This document shows, in pieces, positions 36,526-51,218 of a stretch of 64,000 nucleotides of DNA. The DNA comes from Callorhinchus milii (taxonomy: Eukaryota), in assembly GCF_018977255.1 (NCBI RefSeq), contig NW_024704745.1, forward strand, positions 51,398,001-51,462,000. The letters are read 5' to 3'. The notes below the pieces were generated by a model. That model was not told where the DNA came from and ran no database searches. It was given only the letters and a program-made list of their open reading frames with translations. The translations under genes and the position numbers were made by a program. Numbering within the stretch: the stretch's first letter is position 1; each line of letters begins with the position of its first letter.

Positions 36526-39500
36526 AAATGATCCTGCTTTCGTATAATGAATGTACCTTATTCTGTACTAACCTAATGCCAATCCGAAGGGCCAATATTA
36601 CTCAGTGTGTTGACTTTAAGTGACCACATGCATTGAAAATAAAGGCTGAGTTTTGAATTTGGTCATTTTCACGGGATTTGATTCACACGCCCCGGATCGG
36701 GGGGGGGGAGGGGGTGTTTGAGTTGCAGACGCCTAATTCGGGTTTAAAAAGTGCGTGGCTGCAGTGCAAAAAAAAAAATCTATGTTTTGCTCTCCAGCAG
36801 ATTTCCGAAACCGATTGCACGAAACCCGGTAACAGATTTTATGTAAGTTGTGGTCAAGTCGCCCAATCAACAACAGAAACTTTGGAAGTGAGGCCCACAA
36901 AAGGTGGCAGTGTACGGTTATTCCGGAACTAAGTGGGGGTTCCGACCCGTCGCTCACGTCGCCCCAAATACATCTTCAATCTCCGGCTTTCAGGCCGCTA
37001 ATGAATGAAGGAATTTGCAGGAGGAGCCCGGGCTACGCTCCACTGGCTTCCTGATCCACGTATTATGCGTATCGAAAAAGCAATCGCAGCACTCTACACC
37101 CAGAGCCTGCAGATCCCGGCTTTTGGTTAATTATACCGATCAAGTCCTGTGTTATGCCAAAAAAAAATAACAAAAGACGCCCGATGTGGCAGACATTCTG
37201 GTGCTCGCTGTGTAAAAAAAAAGTATTGAAAAGCCTCTGATGGTGCCGGAGTCGTCTTGTGTCAGCCGCCAGCAGCTCTGATGCAGATTAATTATCCGTT
37301 TCGGCTTAGTTTACCACTCCCCTGCCCCGGGTGACCCCAGAGGCCGAGCAACGTCTCAGACGGAAACTGATGAATAGAGATCAGTTACAGCGCTCTGCAT
37401 CTCACCTCCTTCTCACACGGATCCACCAAGGGCAGTGGCGCAATACTTTCTGTTACAGCGAATGCAGCAGCTATGCCAGACCAGCACGGGATTGCACAGG
37501 GAAGTGGCTCCAAAGCTGCTTAATGTGGGGAGACGCCCAATTCACCACCAGCAGCAGCAGCAGCCGCCAGTCTGCTGCATATTAAGTCCTTTCCTGAGCG
37601 CACAGCGAATCAAGCACAAGCTGGAGCGTGCACCACATCTGCGCTGTTAGCGAGCGAGCGAGGAGAGAGAGGGGGGGGGGGGGCGGGAGAGAGAGGGGGG
37701 AGAGAGAGAGAGACGCCAACTGCCTGTGTGAAAATAAACGCGTTACTACACAGACGCGAACCCGCATTGCAAACACTGAGCCGGAACATGCCATGGTTTG
37801 GCTGAACAATAGCCGCGCACTTACCAGCAATACATGGACATGGGACTGCACCCAGCACTCACACGGCCTGCCCACATCCACTAAAACACTGTGTACCCGA
37901 CACTTGTGTAAAACATTAATTGTGTCTGGCAACACCTTTCAATTTCATAAATTGTTAATGAAATGATCTGTGCCCTTTTATTGCGCCAATTTGTCGTAAT
38001 TTTGTTCCTTGTTTTATTAGGCAATGGGGCATTCGAGGGTCCTTGCAGACTGATTAAATGCCAGCACTCCGAGAGCATGGCCAGGGTAGAGCATGACCCC
38101 CTCCCCTCCACCACCACCTTTCGGAAAACATTTCAACGCTTAACACGAGTGATAAAACGACTTTTACTTCAGTATCGGTTTACCCAGGTCCTCGGTCGGG
38201 GAACTTTGTTGGGCTTTTTTTTTAAAAAACGCGAACCTTTTGAAGGTATCGGAGGAAGAGAGTAACTGAAACAGATCGGAGAGGAATAAAGAGCACCGAT
38301 GCATATCGTCTTACCTTATCCTTCCTGCGAAGCTTGGCGACGGGACCTATCCAGGCTGGATGGAGTGGTTGCGATTCCTCCATCTCCAGCATCACCTGAC
38401 TGGGGTAAGCACCTCGCTCAGAAAAGTCCAGCTCTTTAAGTTCCACCAGAGAATAGTTAAACCTGCGACTCTAACTCCCGTTTGTTTGAAATCTTTGCCA
38501 GATAAGCAACTAATGATGTATGGCCCCTGTGCACAGTTAGCGTCGGAGCGGCTGCCAACACCATTCTCCAGTCACAACCGTGAAATCCCCTCCTCTCTCG
38601 ACACAGTGCAACTCAACTGTAAACTGTATTGCTTTCGAGTCGAATCACACGTACATACATAGAGGCTTTTATCCAACTCGACTGAGAATCTTGGATTTCA
38701 CAGCACCCTATGCAAACTTGATAACGTAGTTTACACACGAGGACAAAGGAAACACTATCCAAAAAACAGAGTGACTCCTAATGAAGGAAGGCTGAACGAA
38801 CACGACTGCGGCTTCTCCCTCCAGAGCGCCAGAAGGAAGCACTGCACGCAATGCTGCCCACCTCCCTCCCACCCCAGTGAAGGAACAGCAGCAACCGTCA
38901 GCCCTTCGCCTCCAAAGTTGTCGCACCGCTTGTCTTGTGTAACATTTGTCTCTGCCAGGATTATCCGAGGAGAACAGTCTGGGAGCTGCTGTTTCCTGTG
39001 ATGCAGACTGCGACCTCGGGAAATGAATTAGCTTCAATAAAACCAAACAAAATGGGCTCATGTGACCACAGCTGCCCATTCACAGCCCGCTTCACTCATA
39101 ACTCCAGCTAAACTTTCTGAGCCGGCTCCCCCGATCTTTTGGAAGTCATTTTTTTTATATTTAAAAAAAAACAAAAACGGAAGGAAGCTTTCACTGCGAT
39201 CACTGTTGTAAACGTTACACTTCCCTGCACGCCGAGTTAGTCAGTGGCTCGTATAAACATGCATTGCACAAACATCTTAAAGGTGTGCCGAGAATTTCCA
39301 TCCTATGCCAACAGTCTACTCTTTTGATTTTTTTGAAAAGAAGTGTATTTTTTTTTCCTTTTTGACTTCGGATCAATGCAGTGCCACAAAGAGGTTGTGT
39401 CTGTATGCGTGTGTGTGTGTTGGGTGGGGGGGGGAGGGGGAGTATTCATAAACCCAGCTTGGCTGATCTTTGCAAATGAAGTGATAATGTTCTGTGTGTT

Positions 39501-41169
39501 TTGTTGACAATCGCATTGCGGAGCAAACAACAGTCACATTATTTAAGATAAGGTTCGGTAAACAGCGTTGGATGAAAAATCCACGAATTAAAGTCTTGTG
39601 GATGATTATCCATCCGGTCATCAATGGATTTCTTTTGCGGAACAAAACTCACTTCACGTCAGGAAAATAACCAGGACTCATCTCGCTTTTAAAATAAGCA
39701 ACTCTGGTTTATTCGGGTAAACGACGGTGGTGCAATAGGGTGTCATTTCACAACGTTCTTGTGACTGGACATATTATCATAGTGAATGACACTAGAACAT
39801 GGAAATACAGTTACACTAAAATGTCAGCTGTACAGAGTTTAACCAGCCTTAGGAATAACGTGACCTCGCCCCCTCCCCCCCAACCTGCAACTGTTGCACA
39901 CGTATTAAATGCACGCTGTGTGCCAATTGAGGCACTTTCAGCTGTTATTGTTCAGTCGACTGAGTAAAAAGATATTTTAAATGATCTCTTTCTGTAGTCT
40001 AAGCTTCCCCGCCTACACCCGCCCAGCCCTTAAAGTCTGGATAGGGTTCTTTCATTTGGTTTCATCTTGATGTTTTTTTTAAAAAAAATCTGCCCAACTT
40101 CTTTTCTCTATGCGAGCAGTGAGGGATTGCATTATCACATGTGAAGGGATACACACATGGATGGACCACATCGATTACACAGTGCAACTTTTAATTTTTG
40201 AACTCTGCAAATGACACTTCACAGCGAGCCGCCCCTGAAACACAGTGACTCATTTCTCAAAACCCTACACGAAATAGCGCTTTGCTGGCGTTGGGTGAAT
40301 AATTACGAAAATATCGGTAGGTGCAATAAATCTGGAGGGAAATCCAGAATCCTGCATCTCAGCACCAAGGAGGTTCAAACACGGTTCTATTATTCATATC
40401 AAGCCGGCAGTAACCACGCTTGCAGTCCAATGAGCCGCGGGCTGCACTCAGCTCGGCTGCCACTTCCATCTACTTGTCTGACCGCCCCCGCTCCTAAACA
40501 TACTTTATGACTCATCCACGGGACCAGAGTTTGCGACACAGATGCGTTGACTGCACAACTGAAGGTGGCGGTTCAAGCACTACAATCTGTGTCAGAGCCA
40601 CGCAGTGATACAGCGACCAGCTGACACCGAACAGTAATACGTGCAAACGCAACCCTACTTCTTTAGAGCGAAATTCTTCCCGATATTTGCATGGATAAAC
40701 CGCTCTTTAAACTTCGTAGTTTGTTATATGCACAATATAATGCTATTTATACACACCCTGCTACACTTATATACCCGGTGAAGAAGAGCGCGACTAAACA
40801 TTTCAATAATTGGACTGTTGTACTCATCTGGTGAATGTAAAAGGCTTGTTCTCGACTCCTAAACATTGTAACTGCGTTCGGTAATAGTATTTTTTAATAC
40901 AATGAAGCCCGTCTAAGATAATCTGTGCCAAGATAACATCATGGTTACAATCAATAGCAAAATGCATCCATCTTTTGCTTTGTGCCTGGCGACATTACAA
41001 ATCAGTTTAAGATTGACTTTATGCTTGACAGAACTGAATTTAGTGTATTGATGATGCATTTTGAGCCGATTTAAGTCTAGGACCTATGGAATGCAAACTG
41101 CACCTTCAATTTCAGAGCGTGAACAAGCTTGTGCTTATCGACACTGCCTGGAGACCGCAGAGTTGCGTG

Positions 41170-41465
41170 TTCTAATACCCATCTGTACTGACTTAACAGG
41201 TCTCACTCAACCTGATGACAGTAGGGGCGTTAAAATTGGCCTCAGTGTTCCTCCCTGGGCTCAGGAAGGGAAATTCTGCCAGGATGTGATGCTGGATGTT
41301 GTGTGTAGCGCAGGTGAGGACAGTTGTCTCTGCGGTGATGCCCCCCCCCCCCATGATAGCCTGCCAATCACTCACTGTCAAGGTTCATACATACATAATG
41401 GTCACCTGAGCAAAGTAGGGGTGCGTTCTAGCAGAGTAACCCCCAGTAAGGAGGTGAGAAAAAAA
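41170..41465 (+). mobile_element. Family C SINE-like element
   Basis: AATTGGCCTCAGTGTTCCTCCCTGGGCT...AAATTCTGCCAGG...GGTGAGGACAG...ATAGCCTGCCAATCACTCACTGTCAAGGTTCATACAT...AATGGTCACCTG. Confidence 0.75.
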
Positions 41466-44400
41466 AATGGAAGAATAACTTCAGAATAAGATGCATAAGA
41501 AAGCATCAATGTTAGGGCAACGCCACACATTGAAAGCTTTCCTCATGTTGACGATAATGGTTCCCGGGAAAGGGAGATTAGCGAGAGAGGGTCCGGCATT
41601 GTTTCTTTGCGTGACAGAGCTGGAAGAGTACACACCATGTGGGCTTGTAGGTTAAAAAAAAGGAATCAGCGCCTCCCGGCGAAAGGAGAGGAAAGGTATC
41701 AATCGGGATGTGAGAAAGAGCAATTTCATAAGCGAAATCCCAGCCTTTTGTGCGCTCGTCTGCAGAAATCGTCTGCCCCTCTGAAATCGGATTGAGTTCA
41801 GTGCTTGTGAGCTGCCGTGAAACGTCAATCAGCCACCGCCAACCTATCGGTGATAATAGGCAATCAACACGAAATCACCGCTGCGGGGCATTCTCACGCT
41901 TAGGAGAGAGGGTCAACTTTATCCCACTCCACAATTAAACCACTGCAATAAATACATCAGTCAGAGGGAAAAATGCTTACAGCCAGTGGCCGCGATTTAA
42001 CTCTTGAATGCTTCCATCATTTCATACAGTATTTGTCTTTTTATTCGACCCTTCCTTTCATCACTTCGAAACGGACGGATTTCCACCGGAGGCGGCAGCC
42101 AACCAGCGAGCTCTGCGTGTGTCTGCACTGAACGCCGAGCATATCCACCAGTGAAACCATCCCGAAATAGAAAGTAAAGAACTTTTTTTTAAAAAAAACA
42201 CGCGAATAGAAGCCATTGCCAACTTCAAACAAAACATATCAGCTCCTTTTTAATATATTTTTATATAGAATATACAATGTGTGGGGGAAACTGGAGAGTG
42301 TGCCTGTAAAATAGATTTGGGCTGTGGAAACAGGGCATCAATCATCCATCTAACGTCAATCAAAAGAACGAGAACCCACTCACAATACTGCTGTTGTATA
42401 GAGGCAGGCCGTAGTCATGTAAACGGTATATTTGTAGTGTTTAATGTGCTCAATCGGATGAAGAAGCGGATGGGGGAGATAGAGAGAGAGAGAGAGCAGG
42501 GAGAAAGCATTACAAATGTGCAAAATAGTCTGAAACCGAGACCACGAAACACCTGGCAGAGCGATCATGCGAAAAGAGGCTGAATGAGACGCCTCAGTGT
42601 GGTATCGCGGCTTCATCTCTCATTACACGCCTGTGTCAGCAGAACGGCCGTGAACTCATTTCCTCCTCTCTGGTGCACCGCCAGAGGAGAGGAACAAAAC
42701 ACATTCAACAATGGCTTTTGTTGAACGATCGCCACGTTCACTCAGTGTGAGCATTAGTCCCAGGGAGGAAATTCAGATAATGCCTCGTAATAATGCTGGG
42801 GTGGGCTCCCATCAACGATGGCATTCAAGACACTGACATTTTAACTGTTATGAACAGTATTGTGCATTGCAGAACATAAAAGTTGAGACGCACTATAAAA
42901 TTCCTGTTTACCAGCCACTTTTCTGAAAATAATGACCAAAGAACTGCAATTGTCGACTGGAATGGGGGTGGGGAAGGGTTACTATTTCAATAAAGCAAAG
43001 GACGTAAATGTGTAACGTGTAAAATAGGTAATTCACATTGTTCGTCTCAACCCCTTTCCTTATATACACGCACACGGACGTACACGATTGTACCACTGAA
43101 CCATAAATGCAGAAAAAACGCTGAAATCCCCAAATGATTTCAATTTCCAATCGTCAGTCCAGTCCAAATAGCCTTAGGATTTCATTATGTCGCCCCGATA
43201 ATATGACAGTAACAGAAAACTCATATTCAAGCACGCGATCTGCTTAACCGTATGGCCTATTCACGCACTGACATCCACTTCTGCACAGAATACTACAAAC
43301 ACATTACACGTTGTAATATTTATCTTTATTTACTTGTGAAAATGGAATACAAACCCTTTCTTATGACATAAAGGTTGTATCCGTGCAAGAATACATTTGG
43401 CGTTCAGATTTGCTGCAACTCATTTTCAAAGGCAGCCCAACATTAAGTGCTGTTGTGCTCACTCGCAGTTAAAGCGCTTTGATTCTCTTTCCAACTCCCT
43501 TTTCCTTTTCAGATAGTTGCGCCTCATTTCTCCTCGAGCTGGGGCTCTTGTACGCGCAGCTTTAGATCAGAACTTCCTTCCGCTCAACTGCACAAAAAGC
43601 AGTTTATTTCACAGCAGATCAAATGGGAGAAAAAGCGCGCCACCTTCTCAAACTTTCTCCTACGGGGGCTGCATGCATGCATGCATCACCATTCCCTCTC
43701 CTCCCTCCGTGCTTGAGGTTAGCTGAGGAACTCCTGACACGTCCAAACCACCCCAAAAAAATTACAAGCGTGAGACACAAAACATCAATCAGCGAGAACC
43801 AGCTGGCCGAGGACTGCCTATCAGTCCACAGCAAACACGTTGCTGCTTTGTATCAGAGCTTCCCAGGGCCTGATGGCTGCCAGGCACCGCTCCCTCCCCC
43901 TTCATTGTTGCCGCAAGTGTTTCTCCAAACGGCTGATGTGCAAAGTCACGATGGTTCGCACTCAGAGAGAGCCAGACCCGCGCGGTGGCCTCACTCACTC
44001 GCCACCGCCCAGCAACATTTCACTGTGTAACATAAGGAGGAAAGGCAAAGAGATAAGGGATACTTCGTGGCAGTGTGTGTTTTACTGCATTGCGTGACTT
44101 CTAAAATATGAGCCCCACAGAATTCTTCTCCTTTAGGTTTTTGGAGCATTGTGCGTTTTGTTTTCGTTTCCAATACGCGTAGAAAACATTGTAGGAAACC
44201 CAAACGCGAACAATCAATCATTTTCAGGGTTTTTGCTTTCAAACCACTTTCCCTATAATTGAACTGGTATGACTTAAAACATTACTCATTTTTAATAGCG
44301 TTATTTCGTGTATTTACTAGGCATCTTGCATCAACTGCGAAGCGTTTTACGTTCAAAGGTGTCTGTAGATGAGCCTCCGAGTAAAATCCGACATTACTGT

Positions 44401-47056
44401 CGCGGTCCAATAACTGCTTAACATTTAAATCTAAATGTTTCACGAGTCGGTGGCATTTTAAAGCCAATGCGATTGATTGCTATAGGATTTGATGTACAGG
44501 CTATGCAGGCCCTGTAAAGAGGCCTAACCTCCTGAACGACGATGGGGAGAATAAGGAAGAGCTGGTGGATACGATTATCAAATGGAAGAACACAGTGGTA
44601 TTCATAAGTTAATACGAAGGGGATTCGTGATAGATGCCAATATTTTGAGAAGTACATTGGAGCTATAAGGTACACCAAACTGGTAGGGGGGGCGATTGTT
44701 AATGGAGCTATACAATACCGAAGAAACATTAACCAGAAATCGCATCTCTTAAAGTCCTAAGCAGTGAACGGAACCAAGGGAGAATGTGTGATGACCCGCT
44801 TTCCTCCATCAATTTGGATATTGTGTGATTTAAGATGCAATCAAATGCAGTACATGCTTGCTGCGTGATACTACAGCCATTTTTTGGTCAGCTGGATGCT
44901 TAACACATACTGAAACCCATCTTCATCTAAATCAAGTTGAGATTTCCATACATCACACCTACACGTGGAAATCCCAGAGAGAGACTGTTGGAATGGAATG
45001 CGCACTTTCTCCCTGGAGGGACCCATCCTGATTACTTAATTCCAGAAAGTATTAGGCGCAGATTGGCAAGAACCAAGGCTTGGGGAGTGTGAGTTGGGGT
45101 ACTGCTGGGGTCTAACCAGCTAAAACCGCATAGCTTGCCACTGATATTGCAGTCCTGCAAACTTTCTCACTGCTTGCCGAGCTAGGACCACCCTACACGT
45201 TAGGGCTTTGGTCTGCAGGAGCTGAGTTGGATGACTCCCTAACCCCCATGGCCTCTCCTCCCCACAAACGCCATGTTAACTTCGATTGCAAGTCCTTCAA
45301 TCATCACACAACTAACTCACTGCTGGTCGTCTCCACCACAGTGCAACTTAAATGTATTTTATGTAAACTGCATTATCTGTTCCCATTTTATCCCAAATCA
45401 TTAGTCTTCTAATATTTAGTATACTGTTTTAGAAATTGTCTAAAGTATCAGGACTACATTGAACCTTGAGTACGTTTTGTCACTCTTGCTGGTTCCAGGT
45501 GATTAGGTGGCAGAATGTTTTGGCACATTAGTAAAATGTCTGTAGCAGCTATTACAAATCAATAGGATAGCTGCTCTGAAGTCTTAACCAATCTGACTTT
45601 TCATTTTAATTGGATACATCCCGTCAATTCTGACAGACAAATCTCTTTGCACTGTTTCAATGCTTTCAGCAGTACGCTAGAACGTACTTGGATATAAAGC
45701 TGCCAAATGAAATCCCGTGAAGGTAACTGGCTTTTAAATTGTTCTCTGTAGCGCTGTCGAGAGCTGAACCAGATGCCCAGTGCTTATAAATATCCCCCGC
45801 GTGACCCGTTGCTGAATGCACAGTGTTTTCAGCCTTGCATCGTTAAGGTATAGGCACAGGCACCAACAATATATCCTCTTGAAATCAACATTTCCATTCG
45901 CGTTTTGGCGAAGACGTTTGATTTTTTTAAAAAAATGAAATATCTGAAAGATGTTTTTCACAAATGTATGAAACGTAAAGAATACATTTGTAACGTCATT
46001 GTTTTTGGTGTTTGAATTAGTCATTTCTTAACTTATCAGGAATATCTGTGCTTTCGAGAGGTGCGGATAACGAAGAGTGGAACAACAAAGCGACTCGTGT
46101 TACTTGATTTGAAATAACGCTTTAAAATATTAATGAAGATCCCAAAATACCGTCAAACATCCGTTTATAATAGCCCATGGGAGGAGCTGCTGCCCGCTTA
46201 GATACACTATCGCACTGGAAAATAGTGCAGTTGAAAATCCAAAGGCATAAATGCTTTCAAATCTCTTACTTGTATCTTTGCCATTGCCTACTTTTGTCAC
46301 AACTTCAGACCCAACTGCCCCTAATTGGTTGTTGTGTCCCTCTGGGTTCTGAGAATCAGGAGAATTTGAAGCTGCGATACGACGATATTCATCAAAACAC
46401 CTAAGGTGCAGCACACGTACTTTTCGAAATCAATGTTCACACAGCACGAGTCAACAACAGAGGGGGAGGGGAAGGTGAGGGGAACCCAGTAGTAAACAAC
46501 CCCTCGAGTAAAGGGTGCCTTTCAGGTCGTATTTATTTCGAAACACTCGACAGAAAAAAAACCCAGCGCTTGCAAATGGGTTTCCTGCTAATTCCGAAAA
46601 CGTTGTGTTTTCTTCCTTTGCATTTTTTAAAAACAAATTGTAGGCGCCACGGCGCTCTCAGCCCCCACTGCCACTTGATCAGTCAACCTTTAGAAAACGA
46701 ATCTGGCCGCAGATAAGTTATGCAGTAATAGCCCTATAATAATTCATATTTACGCTGGCTTTGGTTCGACAATTAAAGCCATTGAAATAATTGCGGTACA
46801 AAGAACCTATGGATTGTGTATGTTTCTCCTCCCCCACCCCCCACCCCAACACACACACATCACCCTACCCACCCCGAAGAAAACGGTTCATTGGTGCCAT
46901 GATCCTAATTATCCCGTTTCTTCTCCCTTGATTAGAGGCTGGCCAGTTGAGTAAAATAAATCGCCCTGATCAATGCGGCAGGTCAGAGCTGAGAGGCTGA
47001 TAAGACGGGGAGGTTTCTCCAGTGTGTGCCGCGGGCGATACTCGCAGCCCAGCGGG

Positions 47057-47066
47057 TGATTGACAG
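47057..47066 (+). promoter_or_regulatory. PBX-PREP/MEIS decamer TGATTGACAG in a CpG-rich block
   Basis: Exact match to the known decamer; GATAAG and TAATTA motifs within 200 bp. Function untested. Confidence 0.3.
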
Positions 47067-47132
47067 CCCGGAGCTAACACTCCAACACATGTTCTGCACT
47101 TTCAGGCCACCAGAACAATGCGGGAGATCAGC

Positions 47133-47133
<1 letters not shown>

Positions 47134-47163
<30 letters not shown>

Positions 47164-47164
47164 G
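47134..47164. repeat. (CAGA)n microsatellite
   Basis: Directly visible. Confidence 0.95.
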
Positions 47165-50059
47165 CCACGCTATCGCCACTCCACCCCCACCCAGGCACAG
47201 GCATCTTACCTTAGCTCCCATCCCACAACTAACTAAACTGCCGCAAAACAACATTTGTCTCCCAAATGTTTTCGCCTATAAAATGGCACGCTTGAAAATA
47301 TTTTTTTCTTTAGTAGTTATTATTATTATTATTATTCTAAAAAAAAAGAGTGCAAATCAAAGAGCCGGAAATCTGTCGCCACGCTATTCCGAAGAATACT
47401 GAAGCTTTGAAGTCTTTCAGCTTTGTGGGCGGTGATGACAATTGCAATATATATTTTAGTTAACTCTTCATTCAAAATACGGTACATCATGTCGTATATG
47501 GTAATCTTACACGTTTTCTGCAGCGGTAACACATCAACAGATAATACTCCTGGACTGAAACGGGGAAAATGGCACAGGCACGAGTCTAGGTGACAGTCTA
47601 ATACCGTGACATCATTACAGACAAAAACAAAAACATTTCCCCAAATCATTGGTACAGTTTAATGCTCAAAAAGAACAGATGGTAAACCTGAGAGGAAACT
47701 GTAAAAACGATGGCACTTGGCCTTTAATGCGCCACTAATTAAACATGCTTTATCCCATAGTTTAGTCGGATTAAAGCTCTTTTCATTTTAGCCAAAATGC
47801 AAACTCAATAGATCCCAGAATTAATGTGGACGTCAGTATTGGTAGCACGCTACTTGGATAATTGTTTCCTTATGTAAATTAGCGAACGCAATTGGATTAT
47901 TGCTTCCCTGCATTTCCAAATAATGCACGCGTCTGGCTCCCAAATCTCTTCAATATGTATTTTAACCACACAATAACTGAAAAGTCGTAAAGCACGAATT
48001 TTGTATTTTCTGTGTGTGTGTGTGTGTGCGCGCGTGTGCGTGCGTGTGGCGGGGAGGATAAAATCACGATTTTCATTTTAGCCAAAATATATTTCACCCA
48101 GAACAGAGTAAACACGGCGGTATAGCTGTAAGGCCTCTAACAACCGATTCTGAGCCCCACCATGTACTATGCACTCACACACTGCCTCTGCATCATGCAA
48201 TGGCTCCAGTCAGTTTGGATTGCATGCAGACAAATGATGTCATAGCTGGTACATCAACACACTGTCACTCACTGATACTCCATATGACTGTGTACAGTGA
48301 ACGAGTGAAAAGTCCAATATCAATCCGTGGATTCCCTACATTTAAAATGCTGGAGCTAATTAACGTTGAGTCCTGTTTTGACGGGTGTTGGGAAGGGGAT
48401 GGGGATCTTTGTGCACAATGTTCAACGCCGTGTGCTTTGTTTAATGGGGGAGGGGTCATAACATTACCTTCTTCCGTGCAGTGAATGCTGCAAACGCTTC
48501 AAGGAGAGAGCTACCTGATCGCACTGTATCCCATTACGAATTTCTGAGTATCCAAACACTGTGTACCGTGGGGAAAATTAGGAATGTGTTCAATCACAGT
48601 CAATACTCAAATAGTATTTTCTATCCATTTCAAAACATGCGTTCCACTAACAATCACTGAATATAAAATAACTTAAAAAGAAATAGTATAGTATCATTGT
48701 CAAGGCAATTAGAAATAAAAAAAAGATTGGTTTCTAAAATGTGCTAAATGGTTTGCATACTAAGCTGTCTGGCCTTTACTAGTGTGGCACAAACAAAACA
48801 AAGTAACTGTATGATTGAGAATATCACAGTGAGTAAAATACAAACATTTATTAAGACTAGCACTCTTATACTAAATTAATGGTCCAACATTAAGAAATTT
48901 GGGCTCAGTAAAGCTGTGGTTAGAAAGAACAGTAATACTAAATGCACATCAGAAGTTACTTTTGTTATCCATATGACAATTAAATAGAAATACAGGGCCC
49001 TAGATTTTAAAAATCTTGCTGTCTGTTTTGTTTCATTACCTCTAGAGGCTTTTATCATCTTTGTAAAGTGATAGCAACTGGTGTTAAAACTGTGACCAGA
49101 TGATATCATTCATATTGTACAATTTGTGCTGATATCAAACTGTCCTTGGAATCACATTGGCTCACGCACTGAGATTTGAGAGTTAAACCTCCCAATTTCC
49201 CAAATGACACCAGCAGCAAGATTTCTTTGAAGAGGTGATATCATACAAGTCCTGCTGCACATCAACTGCAGTATAACTATATCTGGATACATCGGGAATA
49301 TCAGAAGGATTGAGAGGTCATCTATATTTATTCACAACTGCTGATCTCACATACATAGATAGAGATCAACAAACCCAGCAAATATTGCTCAGAATTGTAC
49401 TTGTCTGAAATTTCTACTGCAAAATCAGTTTACACAAAATACCAGTAAACTCCTGATAACTCAACCATGGTTTAATTTGTCACTACCACTTAAATCACCC
49501 AGCTGTCAATATCCTGGCTATGTTTACTTATGTATTTATACATATGCCGAACATGGTACTCTGGATAACTTGTTGCTGAGCCCTTTTCCTTGGTGTGATG
49601 AGTTATCAGAAATTTAGAAACTTTTTCACTTCTTCCTACCAACTACAGCACAGAGGAATAGCACAACGATGTTATGATATTTGTGTTAAAAAATCATGTC
49701 CTTGACTTGTCAAGAGTTAAAAGTACAATTGCACCCGTTTGGTGACAATTCACATTATTTAATATATCTGTTATTCTATATATGAAGTTGTCAAAAATAT
49801 TCAAGGGACCAATATTTGTTACTTATCATAGAAAGTATTTTAACACAGTAGGAGGGTACTCAGCCTGTCTGTGATGGTGCCAGCTCCCCTCTAGAGCTGT
49901 CCATTCTAATCTAATTTTTCTGCTCTTCCCCAAACACTATATGGTTATTTTTAAGTTTTTACCCAATTTCTTTTAGATGCGACTTGGCTTTCCCATTTTC
50001 CAATCCAATGAGGAAATTATCCAGAACATTAGTCCCTTTAAGAGACCTTTTGGGTAGAA

Positions 50060-50310
50060 ACACAAGTTCAAGTGAGGCTCACAGATTGCACTTGAAAGAA
50101 GGAAAGTACCAAAACTGCCATGACATAAATGACCAATTAATCTGGAAGATTCTTGGCTAGTAGACAAGGGAAAAGTCCCCTGTCTTTTCAATTTTTAACA
50201 TTCACCTGGACAGACAGTCAAGACTTCAGTTTAATGCCTCATCCAAAGTTGACACTTCTGACAATGTGGCACTGCTCCAGTATACTACACAGGAGTGTCA
50301 GAAGCCCAAG
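50060..50310 (-). mobile_element. Deu-SINE fragment
   Basis: TTTTAACATTCACCTGGACAGACAG...CAGTTTAATGCCTCATCCAAAG...CTGACAATGTGGCACTGCTCCAGTATACTACAC. Confidence 0.7.
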
Positions 50311-50610
50311 ATTTCAGGGAATATTATTAGGTTTCATCATTGGCTGCCGATTTACTGGAGAGACAGATTCAATCTTTACAAGAATATCAATGGCCTTTTG
50401 ACCTTTATACTCCATTATCACAATACACTAATATTGACTGGGTATGGCAGAAAACTATTGAACCAATAATTACAGGTGCAAAAGCATGTACAGTATTTTA
50501 ATACTTGAAGTTGAATATATAAGAAGTTATTATACACCTCTAATCTGTTCACCAATGTAATAAAATGTGGGTTTATTAATGTTGGCAAACTCACCTAGAA
50601 TATTGGAATG

Positions 50611-50897
50611 TAATGATAATAAAAATCCTTGCATTTGATATAATAATAATCCTTGCATTTGATATAGCGCTTTCCACATCTTCTAAATGTCTCAAAGCAC
50701 TTCAGAGAATAAACTGTAAAGTGAATTGACTGTATATTTGTGGGTGAAACGTGGCAGCCAAATGCGCACAGCAGTGCCCCACAAACAGTCATGGATTGAG
50801 TAACCAAATTATTATTGTTTTCTTGAGGGATTATTATTCCCGGAAAAGCGATCTGCTAATCGAATAACAACCAGGTTCCTACTTACTGCTAGGTAAA
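50611..50897 (-). mobile_element. SINE family A long variant, 5'-truncated, with duplicated tail
   Basis: Family A body plus the extra segment GGTTCCTACTTACTGCTAGGTAAA; AATCCTTGCATTTGATATA occurs twice. Confidence 0.92.
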
Positions 50898-51218
50898 TGT
50901 AGTTACAATATGAAGGAAAACAAATGAAAAATAATGGACAGAATTTGAAGACAACAGTTAAGAGGTATAAAATAAGATGAACAATACTGGGAGATGTGGC
51001 CTGGGGGCTAAAGATAGAAAACTGAGAACTTTGAAAATGTGGGACAGAAATAGCAAGTTATGTAAATAGTAAAATGGAAAGAAAAAAATATTGAACCAAA
51101 GGGAGAAATAGTTCTCATGGAACAATAAATGATTAAGAAAATTAAGTTAAATAAAAATGATTTGTCAATTAAATAAACAGGAGCAAAAAGAAAAACAAAT
51201 ATGAAAATAAACATTTGT

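Noticed and set aside
40356-40378. Partial REST/NRSE-like TCAGCACCAAGGAG
   Set aside because: The right half-site (GACAGCGCC) is missing.
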